The notes: generated from the letters alone by a model not told the origin. DNA of 64,000 nucleotides from Rubripirellula sp. (GCA_965216875.1 OZ244207.1:6112001-6176000), one strand, 5' to 3'; shown: positions 29,027 to 40,379, numbered from the stretch's first letter. A program made the numbers and translations.

Positions 29027-32000
29027 ATGCACGGGCCGCAGGGCAAACGGTTATTGGTTCCGGACGGATTCACTCAACCACCATCGTCGTATCGTTTCCG
29101 CGCGTGGCTGGCGATGATCGGGCTACTGGTCTTCATCGCACTGTACATCAGTTTGGCGTGCTGGTTCAGCTACACCGCCTATCGGATGATTGCAGGCGTA
29201 TTCGCTGGCGGAAACGGCGCCGTGGCAGGCTTCTTTGCCGCCATCCCGTCTGCTTTCCTGGCCATCTTCATGTGGAAGGCGTTGTTCTTTGTTCGGCAAG
29301 GATCCAATCAACATGGCATCGAAATCAACGATGGAAACCAACCCGAACTGCATCGCTTTTTGCGTGAACTGGCCGACGAAATTGGCGCCCCGCGTCCACA
29401 TCGCGTCTTTCTTGCGCCCAACGTCAATGCTGCCGTTTTCTATGACCTCTCCATCCTAAACCTCATCATCCCCACCAAGAAGAATCTGATCATTGGATTG
29501 GGCTTGGTCAATTCCTTGAACCGTTCCGAGTTCAAGGCCGTGCTTGCGCATGAGTTTGGCCATTTTGCCCAGCGATCGATGGCCGTCGGCCGATGGGTCT
29601 ACGTTGGCGAACAAATTGCTTCGCACATCATTTCGAAACGCGACCTCCTTGATAAGTCGCTCGACTTCCTTTCCACGATCGATCTACGTGTCGCCTGGAT
29701 CGGTTGGATCATGCGGCTAATCGTTTGGTCGATCCGTTCATTGATGGAGACGGTCTTTCAGTTAGTCGTTCTTGCTCACCGCGCGCTCGCGCGTGAAATG
29801 GAGTTTCAGGCTGACCTTGTTGCCGTCTCGGTCACGGGCAGCGATCCGCTTGTACATGCGTTGCATCGGCTTCAAACCGCCGAGGAGGATTGGGACCAAA
29901 GCCTCGAGTTTGCCACAACCCAATTCGCCAACAAACGAGTCGTCCCCAATCTTTACGCCGTACAGTCGCGGATCGGCGAGCACATGCGACGCATCCTCGA
30001 CGACCCCGACTACGGAACGGCGCCAGACCTCCCTCCGACCGACCGCCCTAATCACCGAGTCTTTTCTCAACAAATCGCGCAACCACCGCGAATGTGGTCC
30101 ACTCATCCGCCCAACAACGAGCGTGAAGAGAATGCCAAAAAGACCTACATCGCTTCGGCTATTGATAACACGCCTGCTTGGAGTCTTTTCTCGCAGCCTG
30201 AGCAACTCAAAGAATCGGTCACTGACTACATCTTCGAAGATGCTCCAATCGACGAAACCTACCAAAAGATTTCCGTCGAGGATTCGCTGCAACTCGTTGA
30301 TGAGATGTATGCCGAAGCAAGCTACGATCCCAAGTACCGAGGAGCCTACTTGGGACGCGCCATCACCATCGCGAGTGACTCGGTCGATACGCTTCGCAGC
30401 GAACCTGTCCCGCGAGATCACCTCGCCGATTCTCTGATTCAGCTGTATCCACAAGACTTGCATACTGCGGTTGGCGATCTGAGACAACTCAACGAACGTC
30501 TCACGCTATTGGAAGCGGTACAAGATGGACACTTTGATGCATCTGAAGCAAAGGGAGAATCCGACACTCAAGATCGAATCAATCGGCGCGAGCTTCCGGA
30601 ATTGATCGCGACGACGAAAGGACAACGTGATGAAGCACTCGCCATCATAGAAACGCATGATCGCGCCTGCCGAACGTTGCATCACAGCGCCGCGCGTTAC
30701 GTCGCCCATGGCTGGCAAGAATACCTCGATGGAATAACCCAACTGCTCCACTATGCCGAACACACCGAAGCCGAGTTGAATGATGCCTACGGGCACCTTG
30801 CCAACGTCACCAACATCGCTCTTGCTGCCGGTCGACCGGGACAGGCAAAAGTCAATCGCGTGGTTGAATCGGCAAATGATCTACAACGAATCTTGGCGGC
30901 CATCGACAGCGATTCGGATAAGGTTGTGCTCCCACCAAGAGTGCTCAAGGATCTCGAGGTCGAGAACTGGCGTGCCGCAATCGACAAGCTAGAACTTCCG
31001 CCTGCGGATGTCACGAATATCGGACAATGGTTGGAGGTCGTCGAATCGTGGGTCGAACCGGTCCGCCGCCGACTCGCGGACTTGCGAAAAGCCTCCCTGA
31101 GTGAACTCCTCCGCGCCGAGGCGGCCGTTGGTGAAATGTATTCCGGAAACGCGGAAGCCACAGCGGCTCCCAAAGTCGCGATTGTGCCCGACGCCTATCG
31201 AACGCGTCGGCGCGGCACGGAGCGCGAGCGGCAGAAGAAATATGACTGGTGGACTCGCTTTACGCGTGCCGACGGTTTCGGACATGCCGTGATGAGATTC
31301 GCGGTGGCTGCCTGCATCGTCTCAGCGGTGGTGGTTGGCGCCGCTTTTGTTGGCGGGTCCGACTTGGTGGTTTACAACGGACTGTCCGTCCCCGTTGTCG
31401 TTAGCGTTAACGGAAAGAAGTTGGTTGTCAGCCCTCATCGCTATCGCAAAACCCAACTCAATGCGCGTCACGGTTCAATCGAGGCACGAACCAAAGAAGA
31501 CAAGCGTTTGATCGAGTCCTTTGAAATCACTGCCGACAAGGCCTTTGCATCATACGTCTACAACGTTGCCGGTGCGGCGCCGATGGTCGAATGGACGGCG
31601 GTCTACGGAAACGTCGCCGCTCCCCTGCCGATCAACCTTGGCTGCCCGAGATGGCGGACGACCAGCGCCGACTTTCTTTTTGTACAACCGCCCGCACAGA
31701 TCAAATCATCGGGTAGCGGAGGAACTCGCAAAGTCCTTTCAAGTGACTCCGACATCCCAGCCGGCGCGATTGTCGACTCGATCGAGGACCCAAGTGAAAA
31801 AGATCGGGTCGTTCGAACGCACGCACTATGGGATGCGCCCAACGCAACCTACTTGGAAAGCTGGTTGAACTACGCAACCGATCTTCCCGACTTCGACCAG
31901 ATCGTTCGCACGCGGCTTGACGTGCATCCTTGCGATGTTGTCGCTCTCCGCGCCCAACAGGATGCGAGTGACATCGAGGAAAGACCTGTCGTCTTTGAGA

Positions 32001-32845
32001 CCCATCGAAAACTCGCACAACAACATCCAGATGACCCCGATTGGCAATACATTCGTGCTCGCGCTCAAGTCAGCGGCAAAGAACAAGATCTCGACTTTAT
32101 CGCAGGAGCAAAGAAATGGCCGCTTCACCCCTGGTTCAATTATGCGGCGGGCAGATCCTATATGCGTCTCTCTGATTGGGAGCGAGCGACGGACTGCTTT
32201 GAACTTTGCTCAAGAGAGGGTGGCGCGGCGATGTTCAACCGCGTTGCTGTTTCGGTAGCACGCTTGCGCCGCCAAACCAGTCACAATGAAAATGCAGACC
32301 TGAGCGATCTGAAGCGGTCACCCGAAATCGAACTGATGTTGCGATTGGAAAACGGAACCGACTTGGCCGGTTCGCCTTACCGCGCCTACATGCGACTAAA
32401 AGAGGGACGACTCTCCGAAGCCTACCGTGTCGCGGGTGGCAAAGATGCCGATGCTCGAATTCTGATCTTGCTCGCGGCATCCAAAGACGCCGAGCCAGAA
32501 TGGACTGACCAAGCACTCGCGGTACCTACCGAACAAATCGATGACCCCGCACTCCTTCTGTACTGCATCGCCCTGGCAACCCGCGAGGGCAAGCCAACCG
32601 ACAAGCACTTTCAAGCTTTGACAAAACTGTACGAAGGTGAATCAACCAACGTGATCGAGATAGCCCGCAACTTGATGTCGGCTCGACCTTCGGATGACAT
32701 TGAATCAACTCTCGAAGGACTTGACCTGCGAGAACGCGGGATGCTCCTCACAGCCGGTATCATTCTGTTCGAAGACACCACACCGCCGCCTTGGCGTCCG
32801 TCGTCAAGGCAGATCCTGTTTGTCGCCGAGCGACCGCATCTCTAA
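29027..32845 (+). CDS. M48 (HtpX/Ste24-like) zinc metallopeptidase with very long C-terminal extension
   Basis: N-terminal TMs, VNAAV, AVLAHEFGH (HExxH), REMEFQAD and STHPP motifs; an internal TM near residue 760 and a TPR-like tail. Confidence 0.88.
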   Translation: MHGPQGKRLLVPDGFTQPPSSYRFRAWLAMIGLLVFIALYISLACWFSYTAYRMIAGVFAGGNGAVAGFFAAIPSAFLAIFMWKALFFVRQGSNQHGIEINDGNQPELHRFLRELADEIGAPRPHRVFLAPNVNAAVFYDLSILNLIIPTKKNLIIGLGLVNSLNRSEFKAVLAHEFGHFAQRSMAVGRWVYVGEQIASHIISKRDLLDKSLDFLSTIDLRVAWIGWIMRLIVWSIRSLMETVFQLVVLAHRALAREMEFQADLVAVSVTGSDPLVHALHRLQTAEEDWDQSLEFATTQFANKRVVPNLYAVQSRIGEHMRRILDDPDYGTAPDLPPTDRPNHRVFSQQIAQPPRMWSTHPPNNEREENAKKTYIASAIDNTPAWSLFSQPEQLKESVTDYIFEDAPIDETYQKISVEDSLQLVDEMYAEASYDPKYRGAYLGRAITIASDSVDTLRSEPVPRDHLADSLIQLYPQDLHTAVGDLRQLNERLTLLEAVQDGHFDASEAKGESDTQDRINRRELPELIATTKGQRDEALAIIETHDRACRTLHHSAARYVAHGWQEYLDGITQLLHYAEHTEAELNDAYGHLANVTNIALAAGRPGQAKVNRVVESANDLQRILAAIDSDSDKVVLPPRVLKDLEVENWRAAIDKLELPPADVTNIGQWLEVVESWVEPVRRRLADLRKASLSELLRAEAAVGEMYSGNAEATAAPKVAIVPDAYRTRRRGTERERQKKYDWWTRFTRADGFGHAVMRFAVAACIVSAVVVGAAFVGGSDLVVYNGLSVPVVVSVNGKKLVVSPHRYRKTQLNARHGSIEARTKEDKRLIESFEITADKAFASYVYNVAGAAPMVEWTAVYGNVAAPLPINLGCPRWRTTSADFLFVQPPAQIKSSGSGGTRKVLSSDSDIPAGAIVDSIEDPSEKDRVVRTHALWDAPNATYLESWLNYATDLPDFDQIVRTRLDVHPCDVVALRAQQDASDIEERPVVFETHRKLAQQHPDDPDWQYIRARAQVSGKEQDLDFIAGAKKWPLHPWFNYAAGRSYMRLSDWERATDCFELCSREGGAAMFNRVAVSVARLRRQTSHNENADLSDLKRSPEIELMLRLENGTDLAGSPYRAYMRLKEGRLSEAYRVAGGKDADARILILLAASKDAEPEWTDQALAVPTEQIDDPALLLYCIALATREGKPTDKHFQALTKLYEGESTNVIEIARNLMSARPSDDIESTLEGLDLRERGMLLTAGIILFEDTTPPPWRPSSRQILFVAERPHL

Positions 32846-32908
32846 GACTCGCGTGTTCCCAGTTCCACCTTTGTCGGCCCCACGAACCGCCCTCACGTTC
32901 ACCGCGCC

Positions 32909-34453
32909 CTACAAGCTCGGCCGAACCTCGTTGCCCGAATCATCAATCGGGTATTGGGCGTCGTGTCGCTCGAGCTGTTCGATCAATCCCGACATCATCC
33001 TTTTCAAGACTTCGGGATGCTTCTTGGCAAGATTCACCGACTCGAAGGGATCATCGGCCAAATTAAACAGCTCGTGGTTGCCACCTTTGAATTGAATGTC
33101 ACCCGTGTTCGTCGGTTTGTCGGGGAGAGCGTGAAAAACCACCTTCCAATCACCGTCGCGCCAACAAGTGAAATAATTGCTTCGGTGGCGGCCATGCGGG
33201 TAGTGCATCAGGAATTGCTCGGGTCGCCCCGGATCCTCTTTTCCGACCATCAATGTGCTTAGATCATAGCCATCAACAACGTGATTTTTTGGCGGCGTCG
33301 CACCGACCAAATTCAACAAGGTCGGAAACAAATCGTTGACCGACGCTACCTGTGATTGGATCTTGCCAGCCGGGATCGGCAGGCTCTTTTGCAGTTTGTT
33401 GTCGCTGTTCGGTTTCGCCCAAGCTGCGATAAAGGGAACTCGCATGCCCCCTTCGTAGTGCGCTCCCTTTTTGCCTCTCAGTGGCGCCGCGCATGCGACT
33501 TGATGTTGTTGTCCAAGGGGTGCGTCGGAACCATTGTCGCCGAGAAAGATCACGAGTGTGTTCTCGGCCACGCCGATGGCCTCGAGATGATCCAGCATGT
33601 CGTCAAGCGACTTGTCCATGCCTTCGATCAATGTCGCGAACGCCTGAGCCTTCGCGGGTTTACCAGAGTCTGTGTAGTGATCGGCAAATCGCGGATCTGA
33701 ATCAAACGGTCCATGAACGGCATAGTGGGCAAAATACAAATAGAACGGATCGCCATGTTCGACCGCTTCGGACACTCGCTCCTTGGCTTCGATGGTCAAT
33801 GCTTCGGAAAGAAACGTGTCGCTGCCGTGATAGGCATCGAGATGGGGAACGGCATGGTGCTCACGTTTGGTTCCCTTGCCATAGTTCTTTTCCCCGTAGT
33901 AACTTCCTGGTGCGCCAAACGACGCGCCGCCAACGTTGACATCGAATCCCAAATTCAGTGGTTCCGCACCTTCGTAATCGTTGGGACCAAAATGACCTTT
34001 GCCAACATGGATGGTTCGGTAGCCCTGCTCGCGTAAGACGCCTGGCAATGTGACGTCACCTTTCTTCAAACCAGCCCAGTTCCAATCTTGCGCGCCATTT
34101 GTACCCGCGTTGTTGGTTCGGGGGTTGATCCAGTTGGTGGCATGATGTCGCGCTGCATTTTGACCAGTCATGATCGAAATACGCGTCGGCGAACAAACAC
34201 TCATCGCATAAAACTGATTGAAGCGAATCCCCTGCTCTGCCAATCGCTGCATCCCTGGAGTGCGGTAGTAGTCATTCAGCGGGTATCGCTTTGGCGAACC
34301 ACTTTCGTCGGTAAGAAATGGCACCGAAGTATCCATCATTCCCATGTCGTCAATAAGAAAGACGACGACGTTGGGAGTTTCGGCAGCAGAAAGGTGACCG
34401 GGGGATCCTTGGACCAGTGTCGCAACCAGAATTGCGAAAAAGAGTCGTTGCAT
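32909..34453 (-). CDS. formylglycine-dependent sulfatase (S1)
   Basis: Signal peptide from ATG 34453; PNVVVFLIDDMG, CSPTR, GKGH, GDNG and GGMRVP motifs. Confidence 0.93.
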   Translation of the reverse strand: MQRLFFAILVATLVQGSPGHLSAAETPNVVVFLIDDMGMMDTSVPFLTDESGSPKRYPLNDYYRTPGMQRLAEQGIRFNQFYAMSVCSPTRISIMTGQNAARHHATNWINPRTNNAGTNGAQDWNWAGLKKGDVTLPGVLREQGYRTIHVGKGHFGPNDYEGAEPLNLGFDVNVGGASFGAPGSYYGEKNYGKGTKREHHAVPHLDAYHGSDTFLSEALTIEAKERVSEAVEHGDPFYLYFAHYAVHGPFDSDPRFADHYTDSGKPAKAQAFATLIEGMDKSLDDMLDHLEAIGVAENTLVIFLGDNGSDAPLGQQHQVACAAPLRGKKGAHYEGGMRVPFIAAWAKPNSDNKLQKSLPIPAGKIQSQVASVNDLFPTLLNLVGATPPKNHVVDGYDLSTLMVGKEDPGRPEQFLMHYPHGRHRSNYFTCWRDGDWKVVFHALPDKPTNTGDIQFKGGNHELFNLADDPFESVNLAKKHPEVLKRMMSGLIEQLERHDAQYPIDDSGNEVRPSL

Positions 34454-34535
34454 GGCAGTTTTCTCGTGGTGGTGGCGTGACTTCCAAGTGAACCTCAACT
34501 TGGATGAACCCCACCATGATAACCTCAGCAACAGG

Positions 34536-37526
34536 TCAAAATGAGGCGTTGTACAGACCCGCGTCGTACAAACCTTGCCCCTGAACACAGACATAGTGGT
34601 GTCCCGGCTCGAGCGGAGGCAACGTTTGAGTTTGGCCGTTTGCCCATTGCACCGTCGTTTCCTTCGCATTCGGTGCATCGCCAAATGCGAACACCAGCAT
34701 CCTTGGTGTAGAAACCTGGTATCCATTGCCGCCCAACAGCTGTTTGCTGATAACCGCGATCCCCTGGTCCGTCTCAAGGCTTAGCGAAACGATCGATCCC
34801 ACGGCGCTGCGTTCGCTCGTCTTTCCGACAAGCTGCAACGTAGCGATCGGATGCGTGACCTGCGTTTCGTTCACGACGAGTGATGGGGGCTCGGTCATGT
34901 GGGTGACCAATAGATCGAGTCGGCCGTCTCGATTCGCATCCATTGGAATCAAGCAGCGGCCCACGTGCGATTGTTGAAAGTAGTCCGTGTCTCGCTCGAC
35001 AACCTTGATCGCTTCGTACACCCCTGTCTTCGATTCACGCCACAAATCTGCCGGCTGGGCATAGGGAGCACCGCTCGCACTGCCACCGCTGACATGACCA
35101 TTGGTGACGAACAATTCCGAGAACCCGTCGTTGTCAAAGTCGATCGCCTTGGCGGCGAACCCGACGCGATTCATTGTCGGCGTCACCAATCGCGCTCGTG
35201 TGGTTTGATCGACCCAAAGCCCTGGCGTCTCTTGCCGGTAGAGAACGTGATACTCATCTTCAAAGCCGGTCACGAAAAAGTCGAGATCGCCATCATGATC
35301 GAAGTCGTCGGCCGCCATCCCCATCGAAGCCTGGGTCCGCCCGCGGCCGTCCACGGCCAGACCGCTCAAGAAACTCTGGTCGACGAATTCAAACGTCGCG
35401 CGGTCGCTCTGCTTTGGCGAGACCAAGACGACATTAGACGACATGTCATTGGCGACAAATAAGCCCATGTCGCTTCCATTCAATCGTCCGGCAAGCACCG
35501 CAAGACTTCGCCCTGGTTCGGGATCGGCCCTCCAACTTTCCGTGACGTCCTCGAACGATCCATCAGGCATTCCTGCATAGCAGCGGTTTGCGGCTGCAGA
35601 AAAATCGAGTGGTGAACAGGGCGCGGGCTTGCCCGAGGAATCAAAACAGACCTTGGCGACTTGATCGTCATCGTCGATGTAGTTGCAAACGAACAGGTCA
35701 AGGTAACCGTCGCCGTTGAAATCGGCCCACGCCCCACTCGTACTCCATTGCGGCGATGAAAGTGCGGACGTGCCAACCACCCGTTGAAAGGTCCCGTCGC
35801 CATTGTTTCGGTAGAGTCGGTTTTCGCCGAAATTCAAAACGTAGACATCGTCAAATCCATCTTGGTTGTAGTCGGCAACCGCAACGCCTTGGCCAAACCC
35901 CGAATCACTCAATCCACTTAGCCGAGTCACGTCGGCTAGCCGCGTGTCGGTCATGCGCAGCAGTGCACCTTGATCACTGTTGTTTTCGTTGATCGTGCCA
36001 CCAGCGGCTGCCAGATACAGATCGGTCTGACCGTCGAGATCAAAGTCCAAAGCACCCGCGCCGCAACCGAGTGAATCGGACAGTGGCACCATCGGCCCGA
36101 ATCGAAGCGGGCCAGTATGCCCGTTGTAGGTGAGCCCAAACTCTTCACTCGATTCGCGAAGCTGGACCGGTTCCTCGCGGGATCGAACCAGGGCTTCGCG
36201 TGTTTCCGGCACCGTGCGAAGCGATTTCGAGACCTGGATTCTCGGCATCGGTAGCAAGTCATCCACTTCCGATTGCCAAGGCGTATCCAAAGACAGACTT
36301 GCAACAATCGCCTTTCGCGTTGCGTCAAACTTTCCGAGCGTTTCTTCGTCAACGCCAGAAGCCTCTACCAACGCGACCGCAACGGCCGACCATGCCTCGG
36401 CTTCCCAACGACGCCCAAGTCGGTCAAGAGTGCGCGCGACTGCCATCGCCTTGATCGGGTCATCATGCCCATCGTGCGAGAAGCTCGTTGCCTCGACCAA
36501 GAGCTTCGCCAACTGCTCTCTTCGATCCTCAAGCGACTTGAGAGTTCGTGTGACCTGTTCGTGCTCATCGACGTCGGCGTCCATCTGTTTCAATAGCATC
36601 GTCATCTCAGCCAACAACGTGGGATCGTTCGGTCGAAACTCGATGGCTTTGGCGGTGGCCTCGACTGACAAGGCAAGCTGCTGGCGTTCTTGGTAGTAAC
36701 GACTCAGGGCGAAGTAGCCGTCCGCGGACAGTTCCGTTTGGCCAATGGACTTGCGCCACTTGGCAAGTTGCTTTTCTTGCCCCAGCATGGCCAGCGACCG
36801 ACCATACAAACCGCTTGCCGGCTTGAATTGAGGATGCTGATCGACAATCGGCTTGGTAATTCTCACTGTCTGTTCGAAATCGACCGCATCAAACGCAACC
36901 GCTGCTTCGGCAATCTTCAGACGCAAATCGCCAGGGTTTCGATTTGAGAGTTCGTTCATTTGTTCGACCGAAAAGCGCCGTCCCGGCAAGACAACCGTCT
37001 CGAGTAGAAACACGTCGAACTTTCGAGCTCGAATGAGCGGCAAGAGATGCGTTGGGATCTCGTCGGTCATCTGTGCCTCACCCAGAAACCCGATCAGTGT
37101 GCGGCGCAGCGCCACATCGTCCGGGCTCTGTTCGATCGCGGCTTGCAGCAGCTCAATCGATTCAAAAAGTCTCCCAACTTCCAAATTGGCTCGGATCGCA
37201 AGATTGATCGTCGAGGCATCCTTGCAACCCTCATGCACTGCACTGCAAAGCATCTCGGCCGCTTTCTCACTCTGCCCCTGTTTTCCGTAGACGAACGCAG
37301 CCGTATGCAGGTAGCTCACGTTGTCGGGATCTTGGATAAGCATCGCCTCGACGATCCTTTCCGCTCGTACATAGTCTTGTTGATTGACGGCTTTGTTGAG
37401 CAGCACCGCCGATGCCTGACTCTCTTCGACGGCAACCGAATCCGGTTCTTGGTGGCCCAGATCCTTGGTTGCACAGCCACCGATCAACGATGCGAGGGCG
37501 ATCACGAGTGGTCTGACGCGCTTCAT
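34536..37526 (-). CDS. TPR + FG-GAP + ASPIC/UnbV (CRTAC1-like) lipoprotein
   Basis: Lipobox IGGC; TPRs; repeated DxDxDG loops (DFDLDG, DYNQDG, DFNGDG); C-terminal SAVGS...GGNGY; ATG overlaps the upstream TGA (ATGA). Confidence 0.9.
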   Translation of the reverse strand: MKRVRPLVIALASLIGGCATKDLGHQEPDSVAVEESQASAVLLNKAVNQQDYVRAERIVEAMLIQDPDNVSYLHTAAFVYGKQGQSEKAAEMLCSAVHEGCKDASTINLAIRANLEVGRLFESIELLQAAIEQSPDDVALRRTLIGFLGEAQMTDEIPTHLLPLIRARKFDVFLLETVVLPGRRFSVEQMNELSNRNPGDLRLKIAEAAVAFDAVDFEQTVRITKPIVDQHPQFKPASGLYGRSLAMLGQEKQLAKWRKSIGQTELSADGYFALSRYYQERQQLALSVEATAKAIEFRPNDPTLLAEMTMLLKQMDADVDEHEQVTRTLKSLEDRREQLAKLLVEATSFSHDGHDDPIKAMAVARTLDRLGRRWEAEAWSAVAVALVEASGVDEETLGKFDATRKAIVASLSLDTPWQSEVDDLLPMPRIQVSKSLRTVPETREALVRSREEPVQLRESSEEFGLTYNGHTGPLRFGPMVPLSDSLGCGAGALDFDLDGQTDLYLAAAGGTINENNSDQGALLRMTDTRLADVTRLSGLSDSGFGQGVAVADYNQDGFDDVYVLNFGENRLYRNNGDGTFQRVVGTSALSSPQWSTSGAWADFNGDGYLDLFVCNYIDDDDQVAKVCFDSSGKPAPCSPLDFSAAANRCYAGMPDGSFEDVTESWRADPEPGRSLAVLAGRLNGSDMGLFVANDMSSNVVLVSPKQSDRATFEFVDQSFLSGLAVDGRGRTQASMGMAADDFDHDGDLDFFVTGFEDEYHVLYRQETPGLWVDQTTRARLVTPTMNRVGFAAKAIDFDNDGFSELFVTNGHVSGGSASGAPYAQPADLWRESKTGVYEAIKVVERDTDYFQQSHVGRCLIPMDANRDGRLDLLVTHMTEPPSLVVNETQVTHPIATLQLVGKTSERSAVGSIVSLSLETDQGIAVISKQLLGGNGYQVSTPRMLVFAFGDAPNAKETTVQWANGQTQTLPPLEPGHHYVCVQGQGLYDAGLYNASF

Positions 37527-40369
37527 TGCTGTTTCTCCTCGAAGAACCATGGTTCCTCTTCACCCTCAACCACCAACAGGTTTGCCGTTGCTGGCAACCC
37601 CGAGAACGTTTGCACGTATCGACCGTCTGCACCAACTCGGGTTGGCCACGTGATCGTCACATCGACCAGGCCATCGAATCCTCCAAAACGAATCACCGGC
37701 TCGTTGCGTCCCAGATACCCGCCGCCGCCGATCACAAGGGCTGCTGTTTCCTTTTGGCTCGAACGAACCACCACCTTTGTTCCGATCGCTGACCGCTCCG
37801 ATTCGCTTCCAACCATCGCGACGGAAAGTTGATTCCCAACGGGATCCGACTCGTTGCGAAAAATGCGTGTTGGTTCGAGCGCGTCGGTGATCACTACATC
37901 CGTTCGGCGGTCGGCATCAAAGTCGGCGATCGCGACCGCGCGACCAAGATGGCTGTCGCTCCAATACGAATCACCAAGATCGCTCACCTCGGCGTACTTG
38001 CCCGTTGGAGCCAACCGCAACACCTGTGTTGGCATTCGAAACGGCTTCGTCGGGTCGTCAAAGTCCTCGATGTGTCCGTTGGCGATGATGAGTTCGGAAA
38101 ACGAGTCGTTGTTAAGGTCGACCGCTTGGCAGCCAAAACCAACCATGGCCGCAGTCGCATCAGCGATCCCCGACGCAACCGATCGATCGGCGAATTGCCC
38201 CGGCCGCTGTTGCAAATAGTGGTTCGACCATTCATCGGAAAAGTTGGTGACGTGAAGATCCGCCAAACCGTTCGCATCAAAATCGTCAACCGCGACCCCC
38301 ATCGAAGCCAAAGGGCGGCCACTCGAACCAAAGGCGAGGCCTCGGATGGTCGCCGTGTCCAAAAAGGCTTCGCCTTCCGAAAGACTCCACAGTTGGTTTG
38401 CCATCTGGTCGTTGGTAATGAAGATTTCGTTCGATCCGTTGCCAAGCAAGTCGGTAACCACCACACCCATTCCCGTGCTCGCCTCTGAAAGCTCATGCGT
38501 GAAAACAGAACCATTGGGCAAGCACTGGTGGATGCGATCCGAACCAGGTTGAAAGTGCGTTGGTGCGGGCAGATTGATCGGTGCACCGTCCTCTGCAAAT
38601 CGAATCGCTTCAAACACGTTTTTGTCAGCGACGTAATTCACCTCAATCACCTCTGGCAGTGCATCGCCATGAACATCGGCCATGGCCAGCGATAGAGTGA
38701 CCGTGTCACCACCTTGCTTGAGCATTGGCCCAGGCTGAAAGGTTCCATCGCCTTGATTGATCCAGATTTGGTTCGACCCGATGTTGCCAACGACGATGTC
38801 TTCCCAACCATCCTGGTTCCAATCACCGGCTGTCGCACCGTGACCATAAGCCGATTCGTTGATCCCACAGGACTGCGAAACATCAGCAAAACGAATCGTG
38901 CCCCGACTCTGATTCCGAAACAAGCGATCGCTCTGCTTCGACGGCGTCTTGTGCGGATCACCACCGGCTTGAACGAGAAACAGATCCACTTTGCCATCGC
39001 GATCAAAATCGGTCACAACCGCACCGCCACCCAGGGGTTCAAAAAGCCGAAAGTGTTTTTCCCGGGGCTGATCGTGGTTTTTCCACGTAAACCGCACTCC
39101 CGCAGATTCGCTTACGTCTCGCAGGCGAAGGCGTGTTTGCGATGGAGACCTTTCTGAACTGTTCCGAATCGGTTTGGCGCTCGCCGATTGTTCGGCCTCG
39201 ATGGTGATCGAGTGGACCAGCCGATCCGCAAGTGCGTGCGTTGCCTCCTGATCAAGCGGCCCCAAAATCTGGTTCCAATCGTAGCCATCCTCAAACCGCC
39301 GAAGCAGGCTTGTGCGCGCTGCCTCGAGTTGTGGCAACTGCGTGTTCGATGCAGACGTTTGCGAAACGTACAACATTTGCCATCCAATCGACTCGATGGG
39401 TCGACCACTTTGGTTCAACGTTTCGGCAAGCTTCCCAATCAGTCGGCTTGGATCGACCGACTGACCTGCGATGTCGTTGACAAGCGATTGAATGGTCAGA
39501 ATGTGCTCGGCTGTGTCGCTCAGCTTCGCCCGAAGTGAAACCTCAGCTGAATCATGTAGCACCGACTCGGCGGCCCGGCACGCTTCGAGGTGATTGGGTT
39601 CCAGACGCAGAGCCATGCGGTAGAAGTCGGCCGCCTCCCGCTTTGAAAAGGGAGCATCATGCGATGTGTGATGGACTGCAAGATTGCCCGCGGCAACCCA
39701 ATACGATGGGAATCGCCGACATTCGCGGGGAAGATCTTTGAAGAGCTTGGCCAGGTCTTCGTTGCGTTGGCAACGGGAAAGCAGCCAAGCAATCGTCGCC
39801 AAAGTCTCAGGATCGCCGCGTCGAAATTGCTCGCAAGTTCGTGCTTGGTCAATCGCTCCGCAAGCATCGCCATGCATCTGAAGCGCGTACAGGATATTCA
39901 GTAAACCGTAGCGATTCACCGTCGCTCGATCACCGATGTCGGGCTTGTCCGCGAAGTCGACACCGGGGCGCGTGGGGTGAGTGATTCCGACCAAGTGTTT
40001 CAGTTGTGGAATGCTCGATAGAAGTGAGTCCCGAACCAAACGATTCCCACTTTGCCGCAGCCCGACGCGATCGCAGAACCGAATACGACTGGCCGCGTCC
40101 GCTTTACTGCTGTCACGCTGCGAAAACCGCTCAATCGCCTCGGCGTGGTGTCCCGACTCGAATAGCGCCTTTGGTGTCGCGTTCTTACTTGCTGCGCCGG
40201 CTGGTGATACCGATGCGACTGGCTGGCGTTGCTTCGAATGGACGTCGGCCGTCTCGCGGGTCGGATTGCACCCGGCGGATGCCAGGCCGAGGGCAATCAG
40301 GAGACAACAACGCTTCAAATGACTGGCAGCGGAGTTGAACAAAATGGGTGCGGTCGCAAGCACGTTCAT
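37523..40369 (-). CDS. TPR + FG-GAP + ASPIC/UnbV (CRTAC1-like) lipoprotein, paralog
   Basis: Lipobox SAGC; DFDRDG, DWNQDG and DFDANG loops; SAIGT...GGGGY. Confidence 0.9.
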   Translation of the reverse strand: MNVLATAPILFNSAASHLKRCCLLIALGLASAGCNPTRETADVHSKQRQPVASVSPAGAASKNATPKALFESGHHAEAIERFSQRDSSKADAASRIRFCDRVGLRQSGNRLVRDSLLSSIPQLKHLVGITHPTRPGVDFADKPDIGDRATVNRYGLLNILYALQMHGDACGAIDQARTCEQFRRGDPETLATIAWLLSRCQRNEDLAKLFKDLPRECRRFPSYWVAAGNLAVHHTSHDAPFSKREAADFYRMALRLEPNHLEACRAAESVLHDSAEVSLRAKLSDTAEHILTIQSLVNDIAGQSVDPSRLIGKLAETLNQSGRPIESIGWQMLYVSQTSASNTQLPQLEAARTSLLRRFEDGYDWNQILGPLDQEATHALADRLVHSITIEAEQSASAKPIRNSSERSPSQTRLRLRDVSESAGVRFTWKNHDQPREKHFRLFEPLGGGAVVTDFDRDGKVDLFLVQAGGDPHKTPSKQSDRLFRNQSRGTIRFADVSQSCGINESAYGHGATAGDWNQDGWEDIVVGNIGSNQIWINQGDGTFQPGPMLKQGGDTVTLSLAMADVHGDALPEVIEVNYVADKNVFEAIRFAEDGAPINLPAPTHFQPGSDRIHQCLPNGSVFTHELSEASTGMGVVVTDLLGNGSNEIFITNDQMANQLWSLSEGEAFLDTATIRGLAFGSSGRPLASMGVAVDDFDANGLADLHVTNFSDEWSNHYLQQRPGQFADRSVASGIADATAAMVGFGCQAVDLNNDSFSELIIANGHIEDFDDPTKPFRMPTQVLRLAPTGKYAEVSDLGDSYWSDSHLGRAVAIADFDADRRTDVVITDALEPTRIFRNESDPVGNQLSVAMVGSESERSAIGTKVVVRSSQKETAALVIGGGGYLGRNEPVIRFGGFDGLVDVTITWPTRVGADGRYVQTFSGLPATANLLVVEGEEEPWFFEEKQQ

Positions 40370-40379
40370 TTGGTTCAGA

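Noticed and set aside
30838..30847. Isolated GGGACAGGCA inside the M48 peptidase gene
   Set aside because: Single 10-nt match in coding sequence with no partner; compatible with chance.
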